Notes: a model not told the origin generated them from the letters alone. A stretch of DNA of 64,000 nucleotides from Candidatus Micrarchaeia archaeon (GCA_038886535.1 JAVZXS010000002.1:1-64000), one strand, 5' to 3'; counted from the first letter of the stretch, positions 49,062 through 59,164 are shown. Numbers and translations: made by a program.

Positions 49062-49376
49062 ATGGAAAACATAAAGGAAACTTTGAAGATTTTGAAGGCA
49101 TTGTCTGATGAAACAAGGTTAAGAATAGTTTATTTTCTTTTAGATGGCGAAAAATGCGTCTGTGAGATTTTCCCTCACGTAAAGAGGAGCCAATCAACTG
49201 TTTCAATACAGCTGTCAAAACTTGAAAATTTGGGAATTGTTGAATCAGAAAGGAAAGGAAAACAAGTTTTCTACAGGATAAAAGACTATCGTGTTTGCGA
49301 TATTTTCAAGGCGTTGGGTTTTGAGAGAGGGAAAGTATTGAAGAAAGCCTGTTGCATGAAAAGAGGTGAACAATAA
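49062..49376 (+). CDS. arsR: ArsR/SmtB family metalloregulator
   Basis: KALSDETRLRI, CVCE metal site, SQSTVSIQL, C-terminal CC; likely start 49062. Confidence 0.9.
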   Translation: MENIKETLKILKALSDETRLRIVYFLLDGEKCVCEIFPHVKRSQSTVSIQLSKLENLGIVESERKGKQVFYRIKDYRVCDIFKALGFERGKVLKKACCMKRGEQ

Positions 49377-50482
49377 TGAGGTCTAAATTTTTAGTGCTTG
49401 CACTTTTGTTTCTTCTGAGCATCTCTTTCGCTCAGAGTGTTTGTGTTTATTTCTTTTATGGTGACGGATGTCCACACTGCGCCAAGGTTGAACCATTCAT
49501 CAATCAAATGAAACAAAAATATCCACAGTTAGAGTTGCACCAGTTTGAGATTTACAATAATAGAAGTAATGCACAATTGTTGAATTCTTTTTTTGATTCA
49601 TACAACATTTCTCAGAAAGAAAGAGGAGTTCCGATTGTTTTTGTTTCAAACTTTTATATTATGGGGGACAGACCAATCATTGATAATCTTGAAGAAAAAA
49701 TTCAAAGTTTAATTGAAACTGGGAGCGAGTGTCCTTCTCCTGAGATCACTGGAGTTTCTGGAATTGCTGAAAAGGAAGCATTGTCTGGGTTAACACTTGA
49801 TCTGCCGCAGCTATTTTTTACTGCGACAGGAGCCGCTCTTGTTGATTCGATCAATCCATGTGCGATTGCAGTGCTCTTGATCCTGTTAACTGCCCTCCTT
49901 ACAGCTGGAGAAAAGACAAGAGCACTTAAGGCAGGACTTGCATTCATTCTTTCAATCTATATAACTTATTTCTTATTTGGTCTTGGCCTGTTTCATGCCT
50001 TGCAGATAAGCGGACTCTCCTATTGGTTCTACCAAATACTTGGATTCCTTGCAATAGTAATTGGTGTACTTAACATAAAAGATTATTTCTGGTATGGTGG
50101 GGGAGGATTCGTGATGGAGATTCCTCGTTCTTGGAGGCCTACGCTCAAAAAACTACTGCAAAGTGTCACAAGTCCCTCTGGAGCATTTCTGATGGGCTTT
50201 GTGGTTTGCCTGTTTGAATTGCCATGCACTGGAGGACCATACTTATTTATGACGGGCCTCCTTGCACAGCAGGTTACTCAAGCAATAGCAATTCCTATCC
50301 TTCTCTATTACAATCTTCTGTTTGTTTTGCCTTTGATTGGAATTATTATCTTGCTTTACTTTGGAATGTCAAAAGTTGAAGAAATGGAGGAATGGAGAAC
50401 TAGGAATATTCGTCTACTTCATCTCGTGGCAGGTCTTATCATGGTCGCATTAGGTGGTGCAGTTATTCTTAGGGTTATATGA
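49376..50482 (+). CDS. Thioredoxin/glutaredoxin domain fused to CcdA/DsbD-like membrane domain
   Basis: Signal peptide, CPHC, GVP; DSINPC and ELPCTGGPY. Confidence 0.9.
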   Translation: MRSKFLVLALLFLLSISFAQSVCVYFFYGDGCPHCAKVEPFINQMKQKYPQLELHQFEIYNNRSNAQLLNSFFDSYNISQKERGVPIVFVSNFYIMGDRPIIDNLEEKIQSLIETGSECPSPEITGVSGIAEKEALSGLTLDLPQLFFTATGAALVDSINPCAIAVLLILLTALLTAGEKTRALKAGLAFILSIYITYFLFGLGLFHALQISGLSYWFYQILGFLAIVIGVLNIKDYFWYGGGGFVMEIPRSWRPTLKKLLQSVTSPSGAFLMGFVVCLFELPCTGGPYLFMTGLLAQQVTQAIAIPILLYYNLLFVLPLIGIIILLYFGMSKVEEMEEWRTRNIRLLHLVAGLIMVALGGAVILRVI

Positions 50483-50538
50483 TCATTTAGCTACAGATAA
50501 TATTCACAAAATTATGATGAGACAAGGAGAAGATATAT

Positions 50539-51567
50539 ATGGATCTATTATCGCTTTTGTTTGCTGGCATAACTGCTCTTCAAGAATACCTTTTAGAGCA
50601 TACACTTACATGCCTTATACCTGCATTTTTCATAGCTGGTGCTATTACTGTGGTCATCTCGAAGGAATCTGTGCTAAAATATCTTGGTGCGAAGACTAAG
50701 AAGCGAATATCATATGCAGTAGCATCAATCATAGGAACAATCCTTGCTGTTTGTTCCTGTACTGTTCTTCCTTTGTTTGCGGGAATTTACAAGAGAGGAG
50801 CAGGCCTTGGTCCTGCGATAACTTTTCTTTTTTCTGGGCCAGCAATCAATTTGCTAGCTATCATTTACTCGGCGAGTCTGTTGGGCATTGATATCGGAAT
50901 TGCAAGAACAGTAGCAGCCATACTTCTTTCAATAGTAATCGGTCTTATAATGGCTTATCTATTTAGAAATGAAAAAAGCAAAGGAGATCTGAGCATTGGA
51001 GAATCAAAAACCAAACCAACTGTGCAAGTTGTTTCCTTTCTTTCAATTTTAATCCTGATTCTTGTTATTGGAGCTGCACAAATAGAATTAACATTAAAGT
51101 CATTTTTCCTTATCGTTCTGCTTTTCGCTCTTATTGTTGTTCTCAAGATCTGGTATTCAAAGGAAGAGATAAAGGAATGGCTGAGTGCAACATGGGATTT
51201 AGCAAAACAACTTGTTCCATTGCTTTTGATTGGAGTTTTTATTGCAGGAATTATCACTGCAATTGTTCCAAGAGAACTAATTGAGAATTCCGTCGGAGGA
51301 AATTCAATAACCTCAAATTTAGTTGCTTCGATTTTTGGAGCATTCATGTATTTTGCAACTCTTACTGAAGTTCCGATAGTAAAATCTCTGATGGTTCTTG
51401 GGATGGGTAAAGGTCCGGCCCTTGCCTTGCTGCTTGCAGGCCCGTCTTTAAGCCTTCCAAACATGCTTGTAATAAACAAAGTTCTTGGGCTTAAGAAAAC
51501 AGTTGCATATGTTTTCTTAGTAATTATTTTCTCTGCTTTAGCTGGGTTTATTTTCGGAATGCTGTGA
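50539..51567 (+). CDS. ArsP-family (DUF318) permease
   Basis: CLIPAFFIAGA, AVCSCTVLPLF, GPAIN, YFATLTEVPI, GPSLSLP. Confidence 0.93.
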   Translation: MDLLSLLFAGITALQEYLLEHTLTCLIPAFFIAGAITVVISKESVLKYLGAKTKKRISYAVASIIGTILAVCSCTVLPLFAGIYKRGAGLGPAITFLFSGPAINLLAIIYSASLLGIDIGIARTVAAILLSIVIGLIMAYLFRNEKSKGDLSIGESKTKPTVQVVSFLSILILILVIGAAQIELTLKSFFLIVLLFALIVVLKIWYSKEEIKEWLSATWDLAKQLVPLLLIGVFIAGIITAIVPRELIENSVGGNSITSNLVASIFGAFMYFATLTEVPIVKSLMVLGMGKGPALALLLAGPSLSLPNMLVINKVLGLKKTVAYVFLVIIFSALAGFIFGML

Positions 51568-51587
51568 GGTGACTGTGAGGTGAAAAA

Positions 51588-51827
51588 ATGGTTAGAATGA
51601 AGATTGAAATTTGTGGCTCTGGATGTCCAAAGTGTGTCTCTACAGAATCAGTTGTAAGGAAAGTTGTGAAAAAACTCGGAATAGACGCTGAGATAAAGAA
51701 AGTTTCAGATTTCAATACAATGGCAGATTTGGGGGTGATGATGACTCCTGCAGTGGTAGTAAATGGAAAGGTGAAGATCCAGGGCAAAATACCAACTGAA
51801 GAAGAAATAGAGAAAGTATTGAAATAA
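51588..51827 (+). CDS. Small redox-active disulfide protein (thioredoxin family)
   Basis: GSGCPKC and GVMMTPAVVVNG; typical of ars clusters. Confidence 0.92.
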   Translation: MVRMKIEICGSGCPKCVSTESVVRKVVKKLGIDAEIKKVSDFNTMADLGVMMTPAVVVNGKVKIQGKIPTEEEIEKVLK

Positions 51828-51874
51828 AAAGATAAATAATAAAAAAATAAATAATCAAATTAAATTTTAGTCCA

Positions 51875-52831
51875 TCAATCTCTTATTCCTTCAGGTGTGA
51901 CTTTGAACACACATTCTCCTTCGGGCATGTTCGGCGAGTCTATAAGTCTTGCGATTCTTTTTTCTTCTTTTCCTCTTCTTACATATACCCTATATGTTGA
52001 TTGATGCGCTAGAACGTGCCCTCCAATAGGAGTTGTAGGATCGCCGAATAGGATTGCAGGATTATCCATTACTTGGTTTGTAATGTAAACTGCAACATTG
52101 TATGTATCAGCAAGTCTTTGGAGTGCACGGATATGTCTGTTTAATTTTTGCTGCCTTTCTCCAAGAGCGCCCCTTCCTACATAATCTGATCTAAATTGAG
52201 AGGTCAAAGAATCAACTATAATTAGTTTTATGTTCTCTTTCTTTATCAGTTCGTCAGCCTTTTCAATTAGAAGAATTTGATGATCTGAATTCATAGCTCT
52301 TGCAACATGGATATTCTTCAAGACCTGATCCGGATCCATTCCTTGTGCTTCTGCTATCTGTCTTATTCTTTCTGGTCTGAATGTTGCTTCAGAATCTATG
52401 AAAAGTACTTTTCCGCCAAGCCCTCCTTGACCTTCAGGCTTTTGTACATTTACTGCAAGTTGGAATCCAACTTGTGTTTTCCCTGAACCAAATTTACCGA
52501 AGAATTCTGTTATCGCTTGCGTTTCTACTCCTCCTCCAAGCAATTCATCAAGTTCCTTTGATCCTGTGCTAATCTTTGCAATTTGTTTTCTTCTCTCGTA
52601 AACCTGATCTCCTGTTTCAAATCCAATTTCCGTTGCTTTCTTTGCAGCTTCTATTGCTTTTTTCGCATTGTCAACACTAATTTCACCTATCTCTGCAAGT
52701 TCATGTGGAGACGCAGTTGCAATCTTTTCAATAGTATCATATCCCTCTGCTCTGAGCTTTTCAGCAGTTGCAGGCCCTATACCTGGAAGATCTTCTAATT
52801 CTTTTACATACTCACTTTTTTCCTTTGCCAT
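51875..52831 (-). CDS. radA: DNA repair and recombination protein RadA
   Basis: [12 protein letters not shown]h[31 protein letters not shown]; no intein. Confidence 0.98.
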   Translation of the reverse strand: MAKEKSEYVKELEDLPGIGPATAEKLRAEGYDTIEKIATASPHELAEIGEISVDNAKKAIEAAKKATEIGFETGDQVYERRKQIAKISTGSKELDELLGGGVETQAITEFFGKFGSGKTQVGFQLAVNVQKPEGQGGLGGKVLFIDSEATFRPERIRQIAEAQGMDPDQVLKNIHVARAMNSDHQILLIEKADELIKKENIKLIIVDSLTSQFRSDYVGRGALGERQQKLNRHIRALQRLADTYNVAVYITNQVMDNPAILFGDPTTPIGGHVLAHQSTYRVYVRRGKEEKRIARLIDSPNMPEGECVFKVTPEGIRD

Positions 52832-53048
52832 ACTATCACCAATAATCCACTACAATAAATCCCGATTATTATATATTAGTATTTTGAAAACTAATTTATT
52901 TATAATTAACTTCTTTTTTATATTAACTTACATATTTATATATCTCATCTAACCTCATTTCCAGTGATTCTAGAAGGAGTGTTCTTTTAATAAATATTTT
53001 TTCATTTTTAATATTATTTTTTTTAGTTTTATTAATATAATTATCATC

Positions 53049-54005
53049 TCATTCATTTGCAAAATCGATAATTCTTTCTAATGATTCTTGTGGTGTTTCA
53101 ATTGTATTAAGGAAGATGATGTCACATTTCTGAAGTAATCTTTCATATGCGCTTTTTCTTACTTCAGTCTTCCAGCTATTTTTTTGTAGCCAGTGTGGAT
53201 TAAAGAAATCATTATTTACTAAATGCTTTAGTGCTTCTTTTACAGTTAATCTTGTAACAACAGGCTTATTCATCTCTCTCCTTAGGATTATGAATTTATT
53301 TATATCAACAGAATCAGCTATTTTTTCTTTCCCTACAACCTTTGAAAGATTAAGTATAGCTCTTTCTTTATTATCTATCTTTGCAAACCTCATTATATCT
53401 TTATATTCTTTCCAACTTTTGCTGAGGTCGGCTCTAATATATGTATTTTTTTCACTTCTGTATCCCATTGCTGTTCCATTTATGAACTTAAAATAAAACC
53501 AATCATCAGCTACTATCTTTGTATTTTGTTTTGTCAAAAGCCCATAGCTTAATGTTGTTTTTCCAGTTCCTGAAGGGCCTAGGATGCAAGTTCCATTCCC
53601 ATTTACATTTAGTAATGCTGCATGGGCTGAAAATATATTATGGTTATCCTCTAATACATCTCCTATAAGTGCTAATGCAACTGATTTTAGCCATCCATAG
53701 TAATCATTATTTTTGAAGAAAGCAGTTCTTGATTTAGGGTCATATTGTACAGTTGGAATTCCTTTAGCAGCAGATCCAGATTCGATTGATAATAGCTTTG
53801 CATGCGATCTTATTCCTTCATCAATGAAAAACCAGTTTTCATCCCATTGGTCTTCCCATTCTTCGCTATCAGAATAGAAATGAAGGCATGCTCCACTTAT
53901 GTTTGCCTTTCTTTCAAAAATTATGGAAGGAATGTACTTTTTGTATATTCTTTCCTTTTCATCTATGCTTATTATTTTTTTAACATATTTAGATTTAGTA
54001 GACAT
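53049..54005 (-). CDS. HPr kinase/PEPCK-like P-loop protein
   Basis: SAHAA, ILGPSGTGKTT, VADDW. Confidence 0.75.
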   Translation of the reverse strand: MSTKSKYVKKIISIDEKERIYKKYIPSIIFERKANISGACLHFYSDSEEWEDQWDENWFFIDEGIRSHAKLLSIESGSAAKGIPTVQYDPKSRTAFFKNNDYYGWLKSVALALIGDVLEDNHNIFSAHAALLNVNGNGTCILGPSGTGKTTLSYGLLTKQNTKIVADDWFYFKFINGTAMGYRSEKNTYIRADLSKSWKEYKDIMRFAKIDNKERAILNLSKVVGKEKIADSVDINKFIILRREMNKPVVTRLTVKEALKHLVNNDFFNPHWLQKNSWKTEVRKSAYERLLQKCDIIFLNTIETPQESLERIIDFANE

Positions 54006-54116
54006 ATGTTAATGGTTGGAAGGTAATATTTATAATATTTACACGTGTATATAAAATGTCAGCATGCTAGTTACTCTAGCAATGCATTTACGTTCTAAAA
54101 ACAAAGGTGAGATAAT

Positions 54117-54473
54117 ATGAAGAAATTAGGAGTATTGATGGCATTATTTCTTTTAGGAACATTGGTTTTTGCACAGACCGGTTCATCAACAGAAGCAAGT
54201 ACAAAGCTTAAATCCGTTCTTAGAACTGTTTGTGATCTTTCTGCAGGACTTTTAGGTCCAATAGCATTTGTACTTATTGTTCTTGCAGGAGTAGTATATG
54301 CAGGCAGTCAATTCTTTGGAGCTGAAGCTAGAGCAACAGGTTCAAAATGGGCAATGACAATGATAACTGGAGCAATAGTAGCATTCTTGCTATGGATTAT
54401 AGGTCCAATGATAATTTCTGCATTCGGTGGTGGCAGCTACCAGATCGGTTCAAGTGCATGCTCTGGTTTCTGA
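54117..54473 (+). CDS. VirB2/TrbC-like pilin 1
   Basis: Signal peptide ending VFA/Q, two hydrophobic helices joined by QFFGAEARA..KW loop; strong AGGTGA RBS. Confidence 0.7.
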   Translation: MKKLGVLMALFLLGTLVFAQTGSSTEASTKLKSVLRTVCDLSAGLLGPIAFVLIVLAGVVYAGSQFFGAEARATGSKWAMTMITGAIVAFLLWIIGPMIISAFGGGSYQIGSSACSGF

Positions 54474-54504
54474 TTGATAATATTTTTTCTTTTAGTTGAT
54501 TGCC

Positions 54505-54909
54505 ATGTCAGATGCAAGGACTAGATTTAAAGGTCATTCAAAGAAATCAAAAAGCAATTCAACCTTATATTGGCTAGTCTTTGCTGTTTCTTTTATTTTT
54601 ATTATTTCATTTTCGTTTGCACAGACCATCGGTTCTACACAGGCGTCAGACAAACTTAAAAAAACACTTTGCGATCTTTACAAAGATCTTAATTCAGTAA
54701 TTCCAACTGTCGCATTTGTTCTCTTTGTTCTTGCAGGAGTTGCATATGCAGGAGGTCAATTCTTTGGAGCAGAAACAAGAGCAAAGTCAATATCCTGGTC
54801 AATGTCAATGGTGACTGGTGCAGTAGTTGGATTATTAATTGTTCAGGTTGCGTCCGTTCTTATTTCAAATCTTTCAGGTTATCAATTAAAGGACATTTGT
54901 CCTGTTTAA
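54505..54909 (+). CDS. VirB2/TrbC-like pilin 2
   Basis: Paralog of pilin 1: FSFA/Q, VLAGVAYAGGQFFGAETRA..SW. Confidence 0.7.
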   Translation: MSDARTRFKGHSKKSKSNSTLYWLVFAVSFIFIISFSFAQTIGSTQASDKLKKTLCDLYKDLNSVIPTVAFVLFVLAGVAYAGGQFFGAETRAKSISWSMSMVTGAVVGLLIVQVASVLISNLSGYQLKDICPV

Positions 54910-54984
54910 ATAGTCAATATTTAAATTTTAAATATCTAACATCTTTTTAAATTTTTATTTATAATTTGTTAGTAAGGTGTTTAA

Positions 54985-55344
54985 ATGAAAATCAATATCT
55001 TAATGTCAATAGCCTTTATGTTATTATTGTTTTCGTTCTCATTTGCACAGGGAACTTCTGATGTTACAGAAAGGTTAGTAGTGGGATTGAATGATGTATG
55101 TGTTCAATTGACACAGATTCTTCCTATAATTGCTATTGTATTGTTTGTACTTGCAGCAGTAATTTATGGAATTGGTCATATATTTGGTGCAGAGATGAAA
55201 TCAAAGGCCACAGGCTGGGCTACTTCTATGGTTGTTGGAGCAGTTATCTCGCTTCTAATATTCTTGTTGGCAAGACCTATTCTAGGCATTTTTATTCCAG
55301 AGATATCCACCTCTGACTTCTGCACAGAAAGATTCTATCCATAA
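54985..55344 (+). CDS. VirB2/TrbC-like pilin 3
   Basis: Paralog: FSFA/Q, VLAAVIYGIGHIFGAEMKS..GW. Confidence 0.7.
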   Translation: MKINILMSIAFMLLLFSFSFAQGTSDVTERLVVGLNDVCVQLTQILPIIAIVLFVLAAVIYGIGHIFGAEMKSKATGWATSMVVGAVISLLIFLLARPILGIFIPEISTSDFCTERFYP

Positions 55345-55441
55345 ATTTTTTATTTCACTTTTTGGCATATTCTCTTTTATTCCTTTTTCTATTCAATACA
55401 TAGCATTTAAAAACTTTTAAAGAAATAATAAAGCGATAGCT

Positions 55442-56263
55442 ATGGCACTCGGATTTACTACTAGACAAATGGCTTATGGGGCGATAGGAGTTTCCATATT
55501 AGTTTTCTTAATAATGGCAACACTTCCAGGGGGAAGTACTTTACAATTCATCATGGCAGGTTTGTCTTTATTTACTGCAGTATTGTCATTTATTCTTTGG
55601 AAATACGGATATTGGATGGTTCCATTCATAACAAAGAGGCTTAACATAATTGAAGTACATGATGGGCAATGGGAAACCACTCCAGCACAGGATGCAATAG
55701 TTAAAAAGATAGGAGATGAATATTATGCATCTGTTTTTCTTCACATTAAGATGTACAAATCTACAACAGAAAGATCTCAAGAAGAAAACATGGTTTTCAT
55801 AGATTCATTTGAAAGAGCAATTGCAAACATAAAATATCCAGTAAAGATTGCAACACTTCTTTATGCTAAGGACATAGCAAAATACAGAGAGGATATTGAG
55901 ACAAAGAAATATGAAGCGCAATTAAAGCTTCAGAGAGAAAGAGAAAAATCAGAGCCCGATGTTTTGGCATTAGATAGATTGGAAAAGGAAGTAGCAATGT
56001 ATGAGGCAGAGTTAAACAGAATCATTTCTGGAGAAAGGCCAATGGGATTGATTTCATATGCAATGACAACTGGGGTTGGAGTTACAAAAGATGCAGCAGT
56101 TGCAGTAGCAAAGAATCAGGCAGCTGAAATAAAGACATTGCTTGCAAACGCCCTTAATGTAGAGGTATCATATTTGTATGGAGAAGATATGATGAAGTGT
56201 TATGATCTTGAACACATGGTTCCTCCAACAATAAAGGCATTGAAAGATTTTGTTGAGGCATAG
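55442..56263 (+). CDS. Two-TM membrane protein with coiled coil; possible VirB3/PrgI plus VirB4-N-terminal-like component
   Basis: Two N-terminal TMs, then an alpha/beta region and a coiled coil; sits between the pilins and the ATPase. Confidence 0.55.
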   Translation: MALGFTTRQMAYGAIGVSILVFLIMATLPGGSTLQFIMAGLSLFTAVLSFILWKYGYWMVPFITKRLNIIEVHDGQWETTPAQDAIVKKIGDEYYASVFLHIKMYKSTTERSQEENMVFIDSFERAIANIKYPVKIATLLYAKDIAKYREDIETKKYEAQLKLQREREKSEPDVLALDRLEKEVAMYEAELNRIISGERPMGLISYAMTTGVGVTKDAAVAVAKNQAAEIKTLLANALNVEVSYLYGEDMMKCYDLEHMVPPTIKALKDFVEA

Positions 56264-56294
56264 TTTGGTAAATTATTTTTTTATTGGTGAATAA

Positions 56295-57866
56295 ATGGGT
56301 GATTTAAAGATAAACGATGTTCAGAATACGGATATAGGAAGAAGAACAATCATTGTCAGCCCACCAGAGCCACCCGCAGAATATCTAATGGGCGATCCTA
56401 AGGATTCAATATATTTAGGAAGAACAGCTGTTTTTAATGTTCCTTTCTATTGGAATTTCAAGAGATTAACAAATCCACATATCGCAATAACAGGAATCAC
56501 TGGTTCTGGTAAATCCTATTTGATAAAGACATTTCTCCTCAGGGCAGCACTAGTATGGAATGCAAATGCAATCATCATCGACTGGGCTGGAGAATATAAG
56601 GCATGGGTTAAACAAGTCAATGGGGTTGTAGTAGCTCTTGGAAGAGGTTCTTATCTAAATCTTTTAGACCTTGGAGGCATGAAGCCTTCAGATAGGATAA
56701 AACAAGTAATAAGATCACTTGAAATACTTACTGATATAGGTCAATATCCAGAACAAAGGAGACTTATAGAAGAAGCGATAGAAAAGGCATATTTGAATGC
56801 AGGATTTAAGCTTTCAGAAAAGGATCAGAGAGATGCATTAGGCAATCCTCTAAGGCCGCCTACTCTTAAAGACGTTCAAAAAATTCTACAACAAATGCTT
56901 GAGACAGGGACATATGAGTTTCCTGCAGAACTTCAGAATGCTATTTATAAGATAAAGAAGTTTACTCTTGAAGGTGATGATTATTTTGCAGAACAGTCTA
57001 CTATAGATCTTGACAAACTTCTTACATCTGGTCTTGTTGCAATCGATCTCTCGGGATTGCCAGACGAAACTTTCCGTGCGCTTGCAGCTCTTACCATTCT
57101 TCAATTCATAAAAGAAAAGATGAGAATGGAAGGATGGAAGCCAGAGAAGGGAATAAAACTTTTTGTTGTGCTGGACGAAGCTTGGAAAATTTCGAAGGAT
57201 GAGAATAGCGATGCAGTTATGATTGTAAGAGAAGGAAGAAAGTATCAATTTGCACTGATAGTTGCATCACAGACTCCAACAGATATAAGTGAGGTAATAT
57301 TCAGCAATGTAGGGACTGTAATTATGTTAAGATTAAAGTTTGAAAAGTATCTCGATTATTTGCAAAATTCATTGAGGTTTAGTAATTATATAAGACAACA
57401 GATTTTGGGATTTGGAGTTGGGCAAGCTGCGATTTCTATGGCTTATGAGCAAACCACTCCATTCAGCGAAACATTCATACTTAAGAAGATTGACGGTGAA
57501 GAGCCAATAGTTGATTACTTCATCGATATTCTATCTGTGCTGACAGAAGCACAAAGAAGGGATGAGACAATGCCAAAGAGTTTTTCAATGGAAAGAACAG
57601 CATTCAAGAAGAGATTGAGAGAAATGGGACTTAGCGATCAAAGAGTAGAGGAGATATCTACACTAATTGAAAAGAAGGCAAAGCACATCGATGCAATAGA
57701 ATTCGTGATAGAGCTTGAAAGAAGCGGAGTAAACAGGAAAACAATTACAATGTTCTTCAGAGAGCTTGGAATTGATGATAGTACTATTATAAACATATTT
57801 ACAAGAGCAGATCAGAAAAAGACAGGAGCAGGAGAAAGAGAATTAACTCAAATAACATTAGAATGA
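56295..57866 (+). CDS. VirB4/HerA-like (FtsK-HerA superfamily) ATPase
   Basis: NPHIAITGITGSGKS Walker A, IIDWAGEY, VLDEAW Walker B, REGRKY, ASQ. Confidence 0.9.
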   Translation: MGDLKINDVQNTDIGRRTIIVSPPEPPAEYLMGDPKDSIYLGRTAVFNVPFYWNFKRLTNPHIAITGITGSGKSYLIKTFLLRAALVWNANAIIIDWAGEYKAWVKQVNGVVVALGRGSYLNLLDLGGMKPSDRIKQVIRSLEILTDIGQYPEQRRLIEEAIEKAYLNAGFKLSEKDQRDALGNPLRPPTLKDVQKILQQMLETGTYEFPAELQNAIYKIKKFTLEGDDYFAEQSTIDLDKLLTSGLVAIDLSGLPDETFRALAALTILQFIKEKMRMEGWKPEKGIKLFVVLDEAWKISKDENSDAVMIVREGRKYQFALIVASQTPTDISEVIFSNVGTVIMLRLKFEKYLDYLQNSLRFSNYIRQQILGFGVGQAAISMAYEQTTPFSETFILKKIDGEEPIVDYFIDILSVLTEAQRRDETMPKSFSMERTAFKKRLREMGLSDQRVEEISTLIEKKAKHIDAIEFVIELERSGVNRKTITMFFRELGIDDSTIINIFTRADQKKTGAGERELTQITLE

Positions 57867-57921
57867 TGACCTAAACATATTCAGATTGTATATTCATGTA
57901 GAAGGATTTAGAGGGATTTTG

Positions 57922-58368
57922 ATGGCTAAAGTATGTATAATTGGAAAAGAAGAAGTCAAGGGAGGAAATTACAAGAAAGTCAAGGAAGATATAGTTATCT
58001 CATCCATAAGGAATCTTAAGAGATTCTTTAAGATCGCTGCAGAAAACGAGCTTGTAGTGTGTGAGAATCATCTCGGAGAGGCAATTAAAAGAAGAAAGGA
58101 ATTTGAATCATCAATAGTAAAGATAGTTGCTGTGGTTGCAGTGATAGCGGTTATAGCAATCATACTAGCTTTACTCAATAACTCTCTCAATTTCATCCCA
58201 GCTACAATTTCAATGATCATCTTACTATTCATACTATTGATGTTTGTTTCTTTGTTTAGGTATTTCCCTGCAATAGAAAATGCAGAAATAGTTTCGAATG
58301 AGAAAGAGAAAAAGCAAAAAGAGACTACAAAGCAATTTAAAGAAAAGCAAAAAGTAAAGAGGAGATAA
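57922..58368 (+). CDS. Two-TM membrane protein with possible metal-binding N-terminus
   Basis: VCIIG...VCENH, then two hydrophobic helices and a basic tail. Confidence 0.7.
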   Translation: MAKVCIIGKEEVKGGNYKKVKEDIVISSIRNLKRFFKIAAENELVVCENHLGEAIKRRKEFESSIVKIVAVVAVIAVIAIILALLNNSLNFIPATISMIILLFILLMFVSLFRYFPAIENAEIVSNEKEKKQKETTKQFKEKQKVKRR

Positions 58369-58369
58369 G

Positions 58370-59116
58370 ATGGTTTCATTTGACAAGAAAGATCAACAGG
58401 TTTCATCAAGAGAACCATTCATCGAGGGATTTAGGATAGAAGCAAAGATGCTCAAAGGAACTCAGGAAATAATAGATGCACTTTCGCCATTGCAGTTCTT
58501 AGACATAGTAGAAACAAAAACAGGAATAGCAGCAATTAATGTCGAGAGAAGAGACATTCAAAAGAATCCATATCTCTTTTCCATAATCTATCTCAATCCA
58601 GATTGTATAGAGATAATATACAGCTATAACCCAGATGAGAGCCCAAAGAAAAGAAGATTAGAAATACTTCGCTACTTTTTGAATATTGTAACTCTTCTTG
58701 AGAATGTTTATTTCATTAATCACAAACAGCTTTATCAGGTTGTTGACAACTTCATGTCACGTCTTTTGGAATATACCTCTTCTACCTATGAGGAGCTTTT
58801 CTCAAAATATGATTCAGTAAAGGAAGAGTGCGACAGGATAAAGAAGCAGCTTGCAGAGGTAACAGCTGCAAATGAAAGCCTCAGGAAATCAAACATGGAG
58901 CTGAAGGAGCAGCAGAATCAATTGATGCTTAGGATAAAGGAACTCGAGATGGTTTCAGATGATGTTCTCATCTCAAGAATACAGACATGGTTGGATGAAC
59001 ATAATTATGAGATAAACATTTCTGATTTCGCTAGAATAAATAAGGTCAGTGAGCAAAGAGTAGAAGAGATACTTAATAAAATGGTAAGAGAAGGATATTT
59101 AATACAGAGAGAATAA
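58370..59116 (+). CDS. Coiled-coil protein with C-terminal winged-helix domain
   Basis: Heptad region from YDSVKEE to RIKELE; IQTWLDEHNYEINISDFARINKVSEQRVEEILNKMVREGYL. Confidence 0.75.
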   Translation: MVSFDKKDQQVSSREPFIEGFRIEAKMLKGTQEIIDALSPLQFLDIVETKTGIAAINVERRDIQKNPYLFSIIYLNPDCIEIIYSYNPDESPKKRRLEILRYFLNIVTLLENVYFINHKQLYQVVDNFMSRLLEYTSSTYEELFSKYDSVKEECDRIKKQLAEVTAANESLRKSNMELKEQQNQLMLRIKELEMVSDDVLISRIQTWLDEHNYEINISDFARINKVSEQRVEEILNKMVREGYLIQRE

Positions 59117-59164
59117 CAAATGCTATGTTGATGATTTCTTAATATTCTAATAAAGAGGATAGGT

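Noticed and set aside
54117..55344. Interpretation as type IV pilins or archaellins
   Set aside because: No class III signal peptide (K/R-G then hydrophobic N-terminus); they have class I-like FA/Q sites and two internal hydrophobic helices
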